A stretch of DNA of 64,000 nucleotides, taken from IMG/VR virus record IMGVR_UViG_3300009130_000019; one strand, 5' to 3'. The notes below the pieces were generated by a model. The model did no database searches. It was not told the origin of the DNA and saw only the letters and a program-made list of their open reading frames with translations. Source of the stretch: an uncultured virus (IMG/VR IMGVR_UViG_3300009130_000019). Lineage: Duplodnaviria > Heunggongvirae > Uroviricota > Caudoviricetes. This document shows, piece by piece, positions 16,431-25,221 of this stretch (within the stretch, counting starts at the first letter, position 1; each line of letters begins with the position of its first letter). The position numbers and the translations under genes were made by a program.

Positions 16431-17669
16431 ATGAGTGAAGTAACAGAAAAAATTGAAACAAAAACAGAGACAGTAAACATTGACATAGATGAAATTTTTA
16501 ACGGAGCACCTTCTGCTGAAGGGATAACTCTTCCAGAGGAAGAGCCTCAAAAGCAAAACATCTTCAAGAAAAAAGAAAGTGCTGATATGTCTTTTACAGA
16601 ACCTCAAGAAGAGGTTCAGGAACCTGATAATGTACAAGAAGAAAAAGTAGTTGAACAACCAAGTGAAGAAACATCTGAATTATTAGATAGCATTGATGAA
16701 GAAAGAGAAGAAAATAATGTAGCTCCTGTTAATAAAAAAAGTACTTCTTACATTTTTAAAAAGCTTATTGAAAAAGATAAGATAGTACCTTTTGATGATA
16801 ATAAATCATTAGATGACTATACTGCAAAAGATTGGGAAGAGTTAATAGAAGCAAATTTTGAAGAGGTTGCTAATAAAGTCAGAAGAGAAACTCCAAAACA
16901 GTTTTTTGACAGTTTGCCACAAGAACTTCAAATAGCTGCAAGATATGTAGCAGAGGGAGGGGAAGATATGAAAGGTTTGTTTCAAACACTAGCTGCTGTA
17001 GAAGAAACTAGATCTTTAGATATAAAAAATGAAAAAGATCAACATATTATAATTAGTGATTATTTGCAAGCTACAGGATATGGCACTGTAGAAGAAATAG
17101 AAGAAGAAATAGAACTATGGAAAGATTTGGGTAAGCTTGAACAGCAAGCTGCTAAATTTAAACCTAAGTTAGACAAAATGCAAGAAAAAGTTGTTGCAAG
17201 AAAGCTTGAAGAGCAACAAATGAGGCAGCAGCAACAAGAAAATGCATCAAAGCAATATATGTCTAATGTATATCACACATTAAAAGACGGGAGTCTAGGA
17301 GACATTAAGCTGAATAAAAAAACACAGTCTATGCTTTATAATGGATTGGTATCCCCAAGCTTTCCGTCTGTAAGTGGCAAAAATACTAACCTGTTAGGGC
17401 ATTTGCTTGAAAAGTATCAATTTGTAGAGCCAAATTATACATTAATTGCAGAAGCTCTTTGGTTGCTCTCAGATCCAAATGGATATAAAAATAAAATTAT
17501 GGAAAAGGGAGCGCAACAATCTGTTGAAAAAACAGTAAGAAAACTTAAGACGGAACAATCAAATAATAATAGTTCCTCCTTGGGTATTCAAAAAGCAGAG
17601 GAAGAAAATAACAGAACATCAAGAAAAAGAAAGATCCCTAGATCTAACAATATATTTAAAAGATTTTAA
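16431..17669 (+). CDS. Putative capsid scaffolding/assembly protein
   Basis: 412 aa, acidic disordered N-terminus, helical core, immediately upstream of the major capsid gene. Confidence 0.7.
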   Translation: MSEVTEKIETKTETVNIDIDEIFNGAPSAEGITLPEEEPQKQNIFKKKESADMSFTEPQEEVQEPDNVQEEKVVEQPSEETSELLDSIDEEREENNVAPVNKKSTSYIFKKLIEKDKIVPFDDNKSLDDYTAKDWEELIEANFEEVANKVRRETPKQFFDSLPQELQIAARYVAEGGEDMKGLFQTLAAVEETRSLDIKNEKDQHIIISDYLQATGYGTVEEIEEEIELWKDLGKLEQQAAKFKPKLDKMQEKVVARKLEEQQMRQQQQENASKQYMSNVYHTLKDGSLGDIKLNKKTQSMLYNGLVSPSFPSVSGKNTNLLGHLLEKYQFVEPNYTLIAEALWLLSDPNGYKNKIMEKGAQQSVEKTVRKLKTEQSNNNSSSLGIQKAEEENNRTSRKRKIPRSNNIFKRF

Positions 17670-17699
17670 ACATTTATTAAATTCAATCAATAATTAATT

Positions 17700-19316
17700 A
17701 TGGCAACTCCAGTATTAAACAATGGAATTTTCCTTAGAGATACTAACTATAAAGCGAGTTCACATGTTGATTCATATCACTTAACACAAATGTTGGGAAG
17801 TGCAGAGCCTATGGATATGGGACCTGTAGACATTTGGGCTATGACGCAAAAGGTAGAAATGCCTTTGTATCAAATGGCTTCCTTTGGTGGTAAGAATACA
17901 ATCTTTGTAGACAACGCTAGAGGTGAGTACAAATGGCAAACTCCTATTGCACAAGACCTACCATACATTGTAGGTGACATTGAACCATTAAATATTACAA
18001 AAGGTATTGATGGTCAAACATTTCAAATTAAATTGTCTAAAAGATCTTTTGGGCATGGTGACATCATTACGTATGATAAATATAATGGCCTTGAGCTTTA
18101 TATTACTGCTGATGATATTATCCCCGCAGGTGATGGGTGTATTTATACAGTTCAGCTTGTAAATAATGATAGCTCTGCTACATTAGACAATGCTTATTTA
18201 GCTTCTGGAACTAAATACTTCCGTAAAGGTTCTGCCAGGGGTGAATATGGTGAAAGGTTCTCTGATATTGAAACAGGTTCAGGCTTTAGAGAGTTCTACA
18301 ACTACGTAGGTGGTGCTGAGGCTCATGTTCATTATTCTATTTCTAGCCGTGCTGATCTTATGATCAAAGGTGGTCTTAATGCAGATGGTACAGTACCAGT
18401 AACAGAAATTTGGAGAAACTTTGATCAGGATGCTAACCCCTCTGTTTCTTCTATTGAAGATCTTGTTCAAGGAATGGGTAAAGCAGGGGCAAGACAAGCT
18501 TTTGAAGACGGTTCTTTATCAAGAACTTTCTTAACAAACCTTGAAGCTGCTCACCTTTCTAAAATTGCTAATGATATTGAAACTTACCTCATGTGGGGTA
18601 AAGGTGGTAGAATTAAGCAAGACGGTCCTGATGATATCAGACTTTCTGTAGGTCTTTGGTCACAGCTTGACAACTCTTTCAAAAGAGTTTATAACAAATC
18701 TACTTTTACTCTTGATATGTTCAAATCTGAACTTTATAACTTCTATCAAGGAAAAGTTGAGTTTAAAGGGCCGGATCCACAAAGACAGCTTATTGTACAA
18801 ACAGGCATTGGTGGTATGCAAATGATTAACAAGGCTATTGCTGATGAAGTATATGGCTCAGGGCTTGTACAAAATGCCACTGAAATTGGAGCTGTATCTG
18901 GAAAAGGTATGGATCTTGACTTTGGGTTTGCATATACTAGTTTCACAATTCCTTTCTTAGCAAATGTTAAGTTTGTTCTTAATCCCGCATTTGACAACCT
19001 CCATACAAATGATATTGAGAATCCTCTTATTGATGGAAGACCTCTAAGTTCATTTAGTTTTGTCATCTTTGATGTAACCGATGAAGGTAATGATAACATT
19101 TTCTTGTTGAAACTTAACTGGGACAACCAATTAAAATGGTTCTATCAAAATGGTACTATGGACTATATGGGAAGAACTCAAGGATTTGCATCTACCGGAA
19201 ATTTCAACGGCTATAGAGTATTTATGACTCAAACTATGCCAGCGATTTGGGTGAAAGATCCAACTAAAGTTTTGAAAATTGTTATGAGAAATCCTGTAAC
19301 AGGAGGATCATTCTAA
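17700..19316 (+). CDS. Major capsid protein, crAss-like
   Basis: 538 aa; position after portal and scaffold; YLMWGKGG, VQTGIGG, P.IWVKDPTK motifs; followed by a terminator. Confidence 0.88.
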   Translation: MATPVLNNGIFLRDTNYKASSHVDSYHLTQMLGSAEPMDMGPVDIWAMTQKVEMPLYQMASFGGKNTIFVDNARGEYKWQTPIAQDLPYIVGDIEPLNITKGIDGQTFQIKLSKRSFGHGDIITYDKYNGLELYITADDIIPAGDGCIYTVQLVNNDSSATLDNAYLASGTKYFRKGSARGEYGERFSDIETGSGFREFYNYVGGAEAHVHYSISSRADLMIKGGLNADGTVPVTEIWRNFDQDANPSVSSIEDLVQGMGKAGARQAFEDGSLSRTFLTNLEAAHLSKIANDIETYLMWGKGGRIKQDGPDDIRLSVGLWSQLDNSFKRVYNKSTFTLDMFKSELYNFYQGKVEFKGPDPQRQLIVQTGIGGMQMINKAIADEVYGSGLVQNATEIGAVSGKGMDLDFGFAYTSFTIPFLANVKFVLNPAFDNLHTNDIENPLIDGRPLSSFSFVIFDVTDEGNDNIFLLKLNWDNQLKWFYQNGTMDYMGRTQGFASTGNFNGYRVFMTQTMPAIWVKDPTKVLKIVMRNPVTGGSF

Positions 19317-19329
19317 CAGTATACTTTAA

Positions 19330-19358
19330 GGGAGGGGCTAACACCTCTCCCATTTTTT
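19330..19358 (+). terminator. Intrinsic terminator after major capsid gene
   Basis: GGGAGGGG-CTAACA-CCTCTCCC then ATTTTTT. Confidence 0.8.
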
Positions 19359-19376
19359 GATTTTAAAATATAAGAT

Positions 19377-19568
19377 ATGTCTATTTATAAAAAAGCTCCG
19401 TTTACAAAAGTAACTGAACTAACAAACTCTTCAGTATCTAAATTGGTAGCTTCTAAAGGAGCGGGTAAAGAACTTAAAGAATTTGCAAATAATGCCGCTG
19501 CTATAGCAGGTGGATTAGTTGTGGGTGATTTATATCATACCGCTGGTGCTTTAATGGTAGTAGTATAA
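19377..19568 (+). CDS. Small virion protein, possible head fibre/decoration, 63 aa
   Basis: FANNAAAIAGGLVVGDLYHTAG resembles a motif of phage structural proteins; follows MCP. Confidence 0.55.
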   Translation: MSIYKKAPFTKVTELTNSSVSKLVASKGAGKELKEFANNAAAIAGGLVVGDLYHTAGALMVVV

Positions 19569-19593
19569 TTATTAATAAAAAAACCAACAAAAA

Positions 19594-20610
19594 ATGAGTG
19601 ATTACACAATTGTAGAAAAATACCAACAAGGTAAAAATCAAACCATTGCTATTAAACCATATTTTAATCCTGATAAAGATAATATGGGATTGCAAAATTA
19701 TGGAATGGCTTTACATGATGGTGTATGGCACCAGGAAAGTTTAGCATGTTTAGAGCTAAATGGAGTTAAGAGATATGTTACAGGACTTAATGAATTTGCT
19801 CCAGATGTTAAAATGCTACCTCCTGGTGAAAAAGAAATGAAAATCAAAGAGATAAGAAAGGTTGTAAGTCAATTAGAAAAAGAATTGGCTGCAAATGTAG
19901 TTGATCCAGAAGACAAAGATTTTTGGAATAAGCTTACATTGCTTAGGCCTGACAATCATGATTTTTGGTCAAGAATAGAATTAAGGTGTGGTAATGACCC
20001 AGTATATCTTGACCCTGTTAAAGACCCTTATGATTTAATTAAAATATATGCTATTAATGCAGGTGGCTTTTCTATAGTTGCTAAATCTCTTAAAAAAGCT
20101 AAACAGTCTAATAATAAATATAAATTTTATTTAGACCAGCTTGAAGAAACAATTAGCACAAGAACAGAGTATTCTAAAATAAGAAACAAAGCTTTAGCTC
20201 AGTTAGAAAACATGTATAATAAAAATGCTACAAAACTTATGTATGTGGCTAAATGCATTGATGTAGAAAGTACCCAATATACTAAATCAACATCTAATGA
20301 TGTAATCTATGAAAACATGGATTTGTTTATAAATGGTGAGGGAACCGAAAGAAACAAAAAGAAAGCAGCTGAGAAATTTTTAAGCACGTCAAAAATGACA
20401 ATGAAAAACTTAAAGATTTCCGCATTGGTTAAAGATGCTTTATATTATAGATTTATAACAAGAAAGCAAAATGGCTGGATAGAAACTTTAGACACAGCGG
20501 TAAAGTTAGGAAAGTCTCCTACAGAAGTAGTTGCTTTTTTAAACAACCCGGAAAATGAAGATTCTCTAGCCCACATAAAAGGGAAAGTAGAACACTATTG
20601 GAATTCTTAA
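19594..20610 (+). CDS. crAss-like capsid-module protein, 338 aa
   Basis: Long ORF downstream of MCP with AAAACCAACAA leader; synteny. Confidence 0.7.
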   Translation: MSDYTIVEKYQQGKNQTIAIKPYFNPDKDNMGLQNYGMALHDGVWHQESLACLELNGVKRYVTGLNEFAPDVKMLPPGEKEMKIKEIRKVVSQLEKELAANVVDPEDKDFWNKLTLLRPDNHDFWSRIELRCGNDPVYLDPVKDPYDLIKIYAINAGGFSIVAKSLKKAKQSNNKYKFYLDQLEETISTRTEYSKIRNKALAQLENMYNKNATKLMYVAKCIDVESTQYTKSTSNDVIYENMDLFINGEGTERNKKKAAEKFLSTSKMTMKNLKISALVKDALYYRFITRKQNGWIETLDTAVKLGKSPTEVVAFLNNPENEDSLAHIKGKVEHYWNS

Positions 20611-20620
20611 ATATTGAAGA

Positions 20621-21325
20621 ATGTTAAATCAAACTCTAATAATAAAGCTAAAACAAAGGCTAAATAAATTGTCAAGTAATGATTTTGACAATATAGAGAA
20701 TTGGCAAATTCTTGAAGCTTTTAATAAAGCTCAAATAGAATGGGTTAGAAGGCAACTTCACGGTAACAACATCTACAAAGAAGGAGATGAGTTATCTAAA
20801 AGAAGAGTTGATGATCTTCAAATATTATTAGAGGAGTTAGATTTAACAGGTGTTGAAACAGAAAGGTATCTGGAGACAGATAACTTCCCTGTAGATACAT
20901 ATCTTGAATATAAAAGAGTAAGTGCTAAAGCTACTAATGATTGTTGTTCTGAAGCAAGATCTATGACAGTTTATCTTGCAGAGGAAGCTAATGTTGAGCT
21001 TATTTATAGGGATGAGTTAAAAAGACCAGACTTTGAATGGGGTGAAACATTTTGCACTTTAATTGGCAATACAATTAGAATTTACAGAAGAGATTTTACA
21101 ATTGTAGAGCCTGTATTAACATACTATAGAAAACCTAGACTTGTTGAATTTCTTGGTGTTTTAAATCCATACACAGCAACAACATCAACAGCAGATGTTC
21201 TTTGTGAGTTTAAAGATGATATTGTTGAACTTATAATTGATGAGACAGCTGCTTTAATTGCTGGTGATATAGAAAACATGATTCAAATGCAAAGAGAGCA
21301 ACAAGCGGCTGAAAGAAATAATTAG
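20621..21325 (+). CDS. Putative tail ring / head-tail connector protein
   Basis: K..LNKL.S, FNKAQ, LTYYRKP, C.F...IVELIIDE pattern of crAss ring proteins; synteny. Confidence 0.65.
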   Translation: MLNQTLIIKLKQRLNKLSSNDFDNIENWQILEAFNKAQIEWVRRQLHGNNIYKEGDELSKRRVDDLQILLEELDLTGVETERYLETDNFPVDTYLEYKRVSAKATNDCCSEARSMTVYLAEEANVELIYRDELKRPDFEWGETFCTLIGNTIRIYRRDFTIVEPVLTYYRKPRLVEFLGVLNPYTATTSTADVLCEFKDDIVELIIDETAALIAGDIENMIQMQREQQAAERNN

Positions 21326-21327
21326 CA

Positions 21328-21759
21328 ATGGAAAGATTATTGAAAAAACAAAACAGCAATTCTTTACAAAGACCAAGTAGGGTTGATGAAATGACTGCAA
21401 TGTTAGTTCAGGAATTAATGAATGCTTCAACAAGTTTTCATAAGCTGCATCTTAAAGTTTCTGGGACTGGCTCATATGCTCAACATAAAGCACTGGGGGA
21501 GATATATGAAGTTTTGCCTAAATTTGCAGATGATATTGCTGAGGGTTTTCAAGGGGCTAATGAAGCTATATTGCATTGCAACCCAAAGCCTTATGTTTAT
21601 CTAAATGATGTTGAACATGCTTTAGAATACATGAGAGAAATATATCAGGCAATTTCAGAATTGCAATTAATAATGCCTTATTCTGAAATAACAAATCAAC
21701 TTGATTTAGTAAAAGATGTAATTAATTCAGTAAAATATAAGCTTTTATTTCTGAGTTAA
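21328..21759 (+). CDS. Ferritin/Dps-like four-helix-bundle protein
   Basis: FHKLHL.V.G.GSYAQHKAL.E.Y......DDIAE..QG and C-terminal KY.L.FL. Confidence 0.75.
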   Translation: MERLLKKQNSNSLQRPSRVDEMTAMLVQELMNASTSFHKLHLKVSGTGSYAQHKALGEIYEVLPKFADDIAEGFQGANEAILHCNPKPYVYLNDVEHALEYMREIYQAISELQLIMPYSEITNQLDLVKDVINSVKYKLLFLS

Positions 21760-21824
21760 TAAAAAAAGATTTATATTATTTATATTGTTTAGTAATTTTA
21801 TTTTGTAATTAAAAATTTTTAAAA

Positions 21825-23063
21825 ATGGCTTATTTTAATCATGCTTTTTGTAAAAGCTTTCTAGTAACTGATGTTGCTAATACACCAGGGGTTTTACCTC
21901 AGGATTTAGTAGGTGGCCAGCTTGGTATAGCTGATGGTTCATGGGGTGTTTTAGACCCTACTTCTATTCCGTTGCCTCCAGTTACCCCCCTGGCTAAAAA
22001 TATGTTTTATTTTGCTCAGGGTAGCTTCATGCCTAATGATTCAGTTGGCACTCATGGTGGTTATCAAGAATCTGTAAAATCTAAAGGGGTTAATCCTAAG
22101 TATATAACTAGACTTTGGTCTTCAGTATGTCAACCGGCTGTTGCTTCAACTGTACAAATTTGTGTAGGTCCTACATGTGCTCCATGTGGTGAAAATCTTT
22201 TCATTAGAGTTGATGTTAAAGGTTCTCCTGCACTACGCTTTTTAAATCACAATGCTTATGCAATTGGTGATAGCTCAGGCTCTGCTGCTATAAATGCAGT
22301 TCCAGGAAACTGTTGTATTGACGGACAAGATTATCTTGATCCTGCTGTAGCTCTTGCTAAAGCTGCCGCAATGCTTTTAGAAGATCCAATTATTCAACCA
22401 TTTGTTCAAGAAGCAGGAGCAGGAGGTATTGTTGTTGCTGGTGGTGCTCAAGCTGGAACTTATACTATTGCACAGGCTTTAGACGGTGTAACATATGTGC
22501 CATCAACTGACCCTGTTGGTGATGGCATAACAGAAGTATGTCTTACTTTTGAAGGTGCTTATGCTGACACACAATTTGGTGATTGTTCATTTGATACCAG
22601 AGATCATTATGAAATGGAGCCAGTACAATTAGTAGGTTCTGTACTTGATGAAACTGGAGATCCTTGTAATGACTGCGGTGTAGTTACTTCAACACCTGGA
22701 GAAATGGCACAAACTCATAGAGGTACTGTATTAAGAGCTCTTCTACTACATGAAAGATATCTTCAAAGTCCTTATCATCAAGGCTCTTCTGATTCTGTAA
22801 GAATTAGAGAGATTGAAGGCTTTGATGCTATTAAGGCTGCTGTTGATGCTGATTTTTATAAAGTTTACTATCTACAGCATAGTATTCCTAGACTTAACAA
22901 CCCAACAGGAACATTTGATAATGACCAGTATATTTATCAGTTTTTTGTTGAGTGTGGTTCTGGAGCAGAAGCTGAAATGGAAGGATTGTTTGCGCAAATA
23001 GAAGCATTAAGTAATGCATTTGGCAACCCAATTTCATTTGAAGGTAATATAGATCTAATATAA
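21825..23063 (+). CDS. Virion structural protein, possibly auxiliary capsid protein, 412 aa
   Basis: Own terminator, acidic and Cys-containing; position in the crAss capsid/tail module. Confidence 0.6.
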   Translation: MAYFNHAFCKSFLVTDVANTPGVLPQDLVGGQLGIADGSWGVLDPTSIPLPPVTPLAKNMFYFAQGSFMPNDSVGTHGGYQESVKSKGVNPKYITRLWSSVCQPAVASTVQICVGPTCAPCGENLFIRVDVKGSPALRFLNHNAYAIGDSSGSAAINAVPGNCCIDGQDYLDPAVALAKAAAMLLEDPIIQPFVQEAGAGGIVVAGGAQAGTYTIAQALDGVTYVPSTDPVGDGITEVCLTFEGAYADTQFGDCSFDTRDHYEMEPVQLVGSVLDETGDPCNDCGVVTSTPGEMAQTHRGTVLRALLLHERYLQSPYHQGSSDSVRIREIEGFDAIKAAVDADFYKVYYLQHSIPRLNNPTGTFDNDQYIYQFFVECGSGAEAEMEGLFAQIEALSNAFGNPISFEGNIDLI

Positions 23064-23071
23064 TAACAATT

Positions 23072-23105
23072 AGAAAAGGTGAGAATTTTCTTGCCTTTTC
23101 TTTTT
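23072..23105 (+). terminator. Intrinsic terminator
   Basis: AGAAAAGGTGAG-AATTTT-CTTGCCTTTTCT followed by TTTT. Confidence 0.7.
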
Positions 23106-23115
23106 CCTTTTAGCT

Positions 23116-23670
23116 ATGGCAGAAAAACATATTTTAAGTTTAGAAGTACCACTTAATACCAATTGTGGGTTAATGACTATAACAGATACAAGTGTATATA
23201 CTACTAACTTGCCTGTTGATTGTCCAGAGTTATTGATAACTCCTCCTGGATATAATTCTCCTATCTTGTTTAAATTACAACAAGGGTTTTCTATAAACAT
23301 AACTGCTTGTGACTTAAACTTGCAGTTGTCTGACTGTGGAAATACATTAGGGTCAATACCAGATGGGGTTTATATACTTAGGTATAGCGTGTCTCCTAAT
23401 GATAAGGTATATGTAGAGTACAATCATTTAAGAGTTACTAATATCACAAACCTATATTATCAGGTGTTGTGTGAGATAAACATAAATGACTGTGAGCCAC
23501 ATAGCGAAAGAAAAGACTTAATAAATGAACTTGAGTATATAAAACTTCTTATTGATGCTGCAATATCAAATGTAGAGTATTGTAGAAGCCCATCTAAAGG
23601 TATGGATTTATATAACTATGCTTATAAGAGGCTACATAAAATATCCTGTACATATGATGTTTGCATATAA
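23116..23670 (+). CDS. Putative tail ring/hub protein, 184 aa
   Basis: ITDTSVY, IPDGVYILRYSVSP (Ig-like) plus helical C-terminus; synteny. Confidence 0.55.
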   Translation: MAEKHILSLEVPLNTNCGLMTITDTSVYTTNLPVDCPELLITPPGYNSPILFKLQQGFSINITACDLNLQLSDCGNTLGSIPDGVYILRYSVSPNDKVYVEYNHLRVTNITNLYYQVLCEININDCEPHSERKDLINELEYIKLLIDAAISNVEYCRSPSKGMDLYNYAYKRLHKISCTYDVCI

Positions 23671-23685
23671 AAAACCAACAAAATT

Positions 23686-23814
23686 ATGGCAAGTCATACT
23701 AAGTGCAGTTATTGTAACAGAGCAATAACATGTGGGTGTCAAAAAACAAAAAACTCAAAAGGAGAAATAGTACATAAATCATGTTTAAGAAAATCTAATG
23801 TAAAAAAAAAGTAG
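23686..23814 (+). CDS. Small Cys-rich basic protein not in the ORF track (MASHTKCSYCNRAITCGCQKTKNSKGEIVHKSCLRKSNVKKK); possibly extended to 23873 by -1 frameshift
   Basis: AAAACCAACAAAATT-ATG leader; CxxC..CGC..HxxC; fills the gap between two genes. Confidence 0.7.
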   Translation: MASHTKCSYCNRAITCGCQKTKNSKGEIVHKSCLRKSNVKKK

Positions 23815-23872
23815 TTAGGAAATTAGATTCTTTAACGCAGGCAATACAAAAGGCAAACAAAAGGATTATATA

Positions 23873-24958
23873 ATGTTTAGTTTAGAAAACAAAATTAATA
23901 CAGAGCAAAGATTTGCAAATTTAGTGTATAAGGATTTTCAAACAAAAAGATTTGGCCTTACACCATGCTGCGATGTAGAGATTGATGAAATTAAACTAAA
24001 GAAATATCTTTGTGATTATCAGGAGCAAAAAGATCATGATGATAATCTATTGCCTACAGAAGACTTAGATATAACAATTATAGATTGTGATAATTTACCT
24101 GTACAGCCAGTTCCAACACCACCAGATGATATTCCAATAGTAGAACCAACTGAAGCTTGTAGAAGTATTTATATAAATGGTTTAGACCAGCGTGTATTTC
24201 TTGATGGGTCAGGCGGTAATGTTTATAGCAATCTATTTAATTACCAACAGTCTCAAAGTCATTCAACGTGGGTAAAGTTTCCAGATGTTCCACCGCCTGG
24301 ATCCAGAGAAGAGCTTTTTATTCTTTTTAGTAGATATTATTTAGGAGATGATTCTATTACAGATCCTGATTATGGATTAGGTATAGCCTATAACAGAAAT
24401 GTAGATTCACTTGGTAATGTTTCAGGTTTTTTGGTATTTGTGCTTAGCAATCAAGTAGTTGCAAATCAATACCACCTTAAACGAATTGATTATGCAATAA
24501 CAACAACAGATTGGTTTAACATAACTTTAGTAACAGATTGTGATGATCCAAACAATACAAAATTTTATGTTAATGGAGTTGAAATAACATCTGTAGCAGT
24601 AAGCATTTCTACTTTAGCTTCAAGTATATCATACAATAATGAAGATTATGAAATAGGCTCTATAACAAACACAGGATTAGAAAGGCCTGATATATATTCA
24701 GAGTTTACAGTTCATTCACATAGGGTTTGGGATACTATTTTATCTCCCGCTGAAATTGTTAGTGAATATAATTTAGGTTTTAAAAGAATAGTCCCTATTT
24801 TAGATGGAAATTGTGTTTTAGATATACAGTGTTCTGCCTCAGTTTGGGATACCATTAATACAGAATATGTTGTTCCAGAAAATAAATTGCCTATATCATG
24901 GTCTACAGAAAACGCTTTACAAACAGATTTAGTTAACGATTGTCCACAAGGAATATGA
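23873..24958 (+). CDS. Tail protein with concanavalin A/LamG-like domain
   Basis: STWVK, WFNITLV, KFYVNGVE, YEIG, RVWDTILS.AEI..EYN.G LamG pattern after a helical N-terminal anchor and Pro-rich linker. Confidence 0.75.
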   Translation: MFSLENKINTEQRFANLVYKDFQTKRFGLTPCCDVEIDEIKLKKYLCDYQEQKDHDDNLLPTEDLDITIIDCDNLPVQPVPTPPDDIPIVEPTEACRSIYINGLDQRVFLDGSGGNVYSNLFNYQQSQSHSTWVKFPDVPPPGSREELFILFSRYYLGDDSITDPDYGLGIAYNRNVDSLGNVSGFLVFVLSNQVVANQYHLKRIDYAITTTDWFNITLVTDCDDPNNTKFYVNGVEITSVAVSISTLASSISYNNEDYEIGSITNTGLERPDIYSEFTVHSHRVWDTILSPAEIVSEYNLGFKRIVPILDGNCVLDIQCSASVWDTINTEYVVPENKLPISWSTENALQTDLVNDCPQGI

Positions 24959-25197
24959 TAAGTAGATTTTTTATAATAGATTCTTCAGATCCAAATATTG
25001 ATTTAATTGTAACTTATTGTGTACAAGATATAGATACATGTAGAAAAAGAAAGGATGGTCTGAAAAAATTAGTTTATCTTTATCCATATGATGAAACAAA
25101 TCATCCTGAACTAGCTGGATATGTAGAATATAACAAAGAGCAAATTAAGTTGTTTTTAAGTGATGAGGATTGGACTGGTTCTTTTCAACTTACTTAA
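24955..25197 (+). CDS. Small hypothetical protein coupled to the LamG gene, 80 aa
   Basis: ATGA overlap with upstream stop at 24955-24958. Confidence 0.65.
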   Translation: MISRFFIIDSSDPNIDLIVTYCVQDIDTCRKRKDGLKKLVYLYPYDETNHPELAGYVEYNKEQIKLFLSDEDWTGSFQLT

Positions 25198-25221
25198 ATC
25201 ATAACACATAAATAAAAAAAC

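Noticed and set aside
10588..19316. Inteins or self-splicing introns in TerL, portal or MCP
   Set aside because: ORFs are uninterrupted, of ordinary length, and show no intein or homing-endonuclease motifs by eye
23812..23835. Amber read-through as the explanation for the short Cys-rich ORF
   Set aside because: The same frame meets another TAG and a TAA within 8 codons and does not reach the next gene; the -1 frame does
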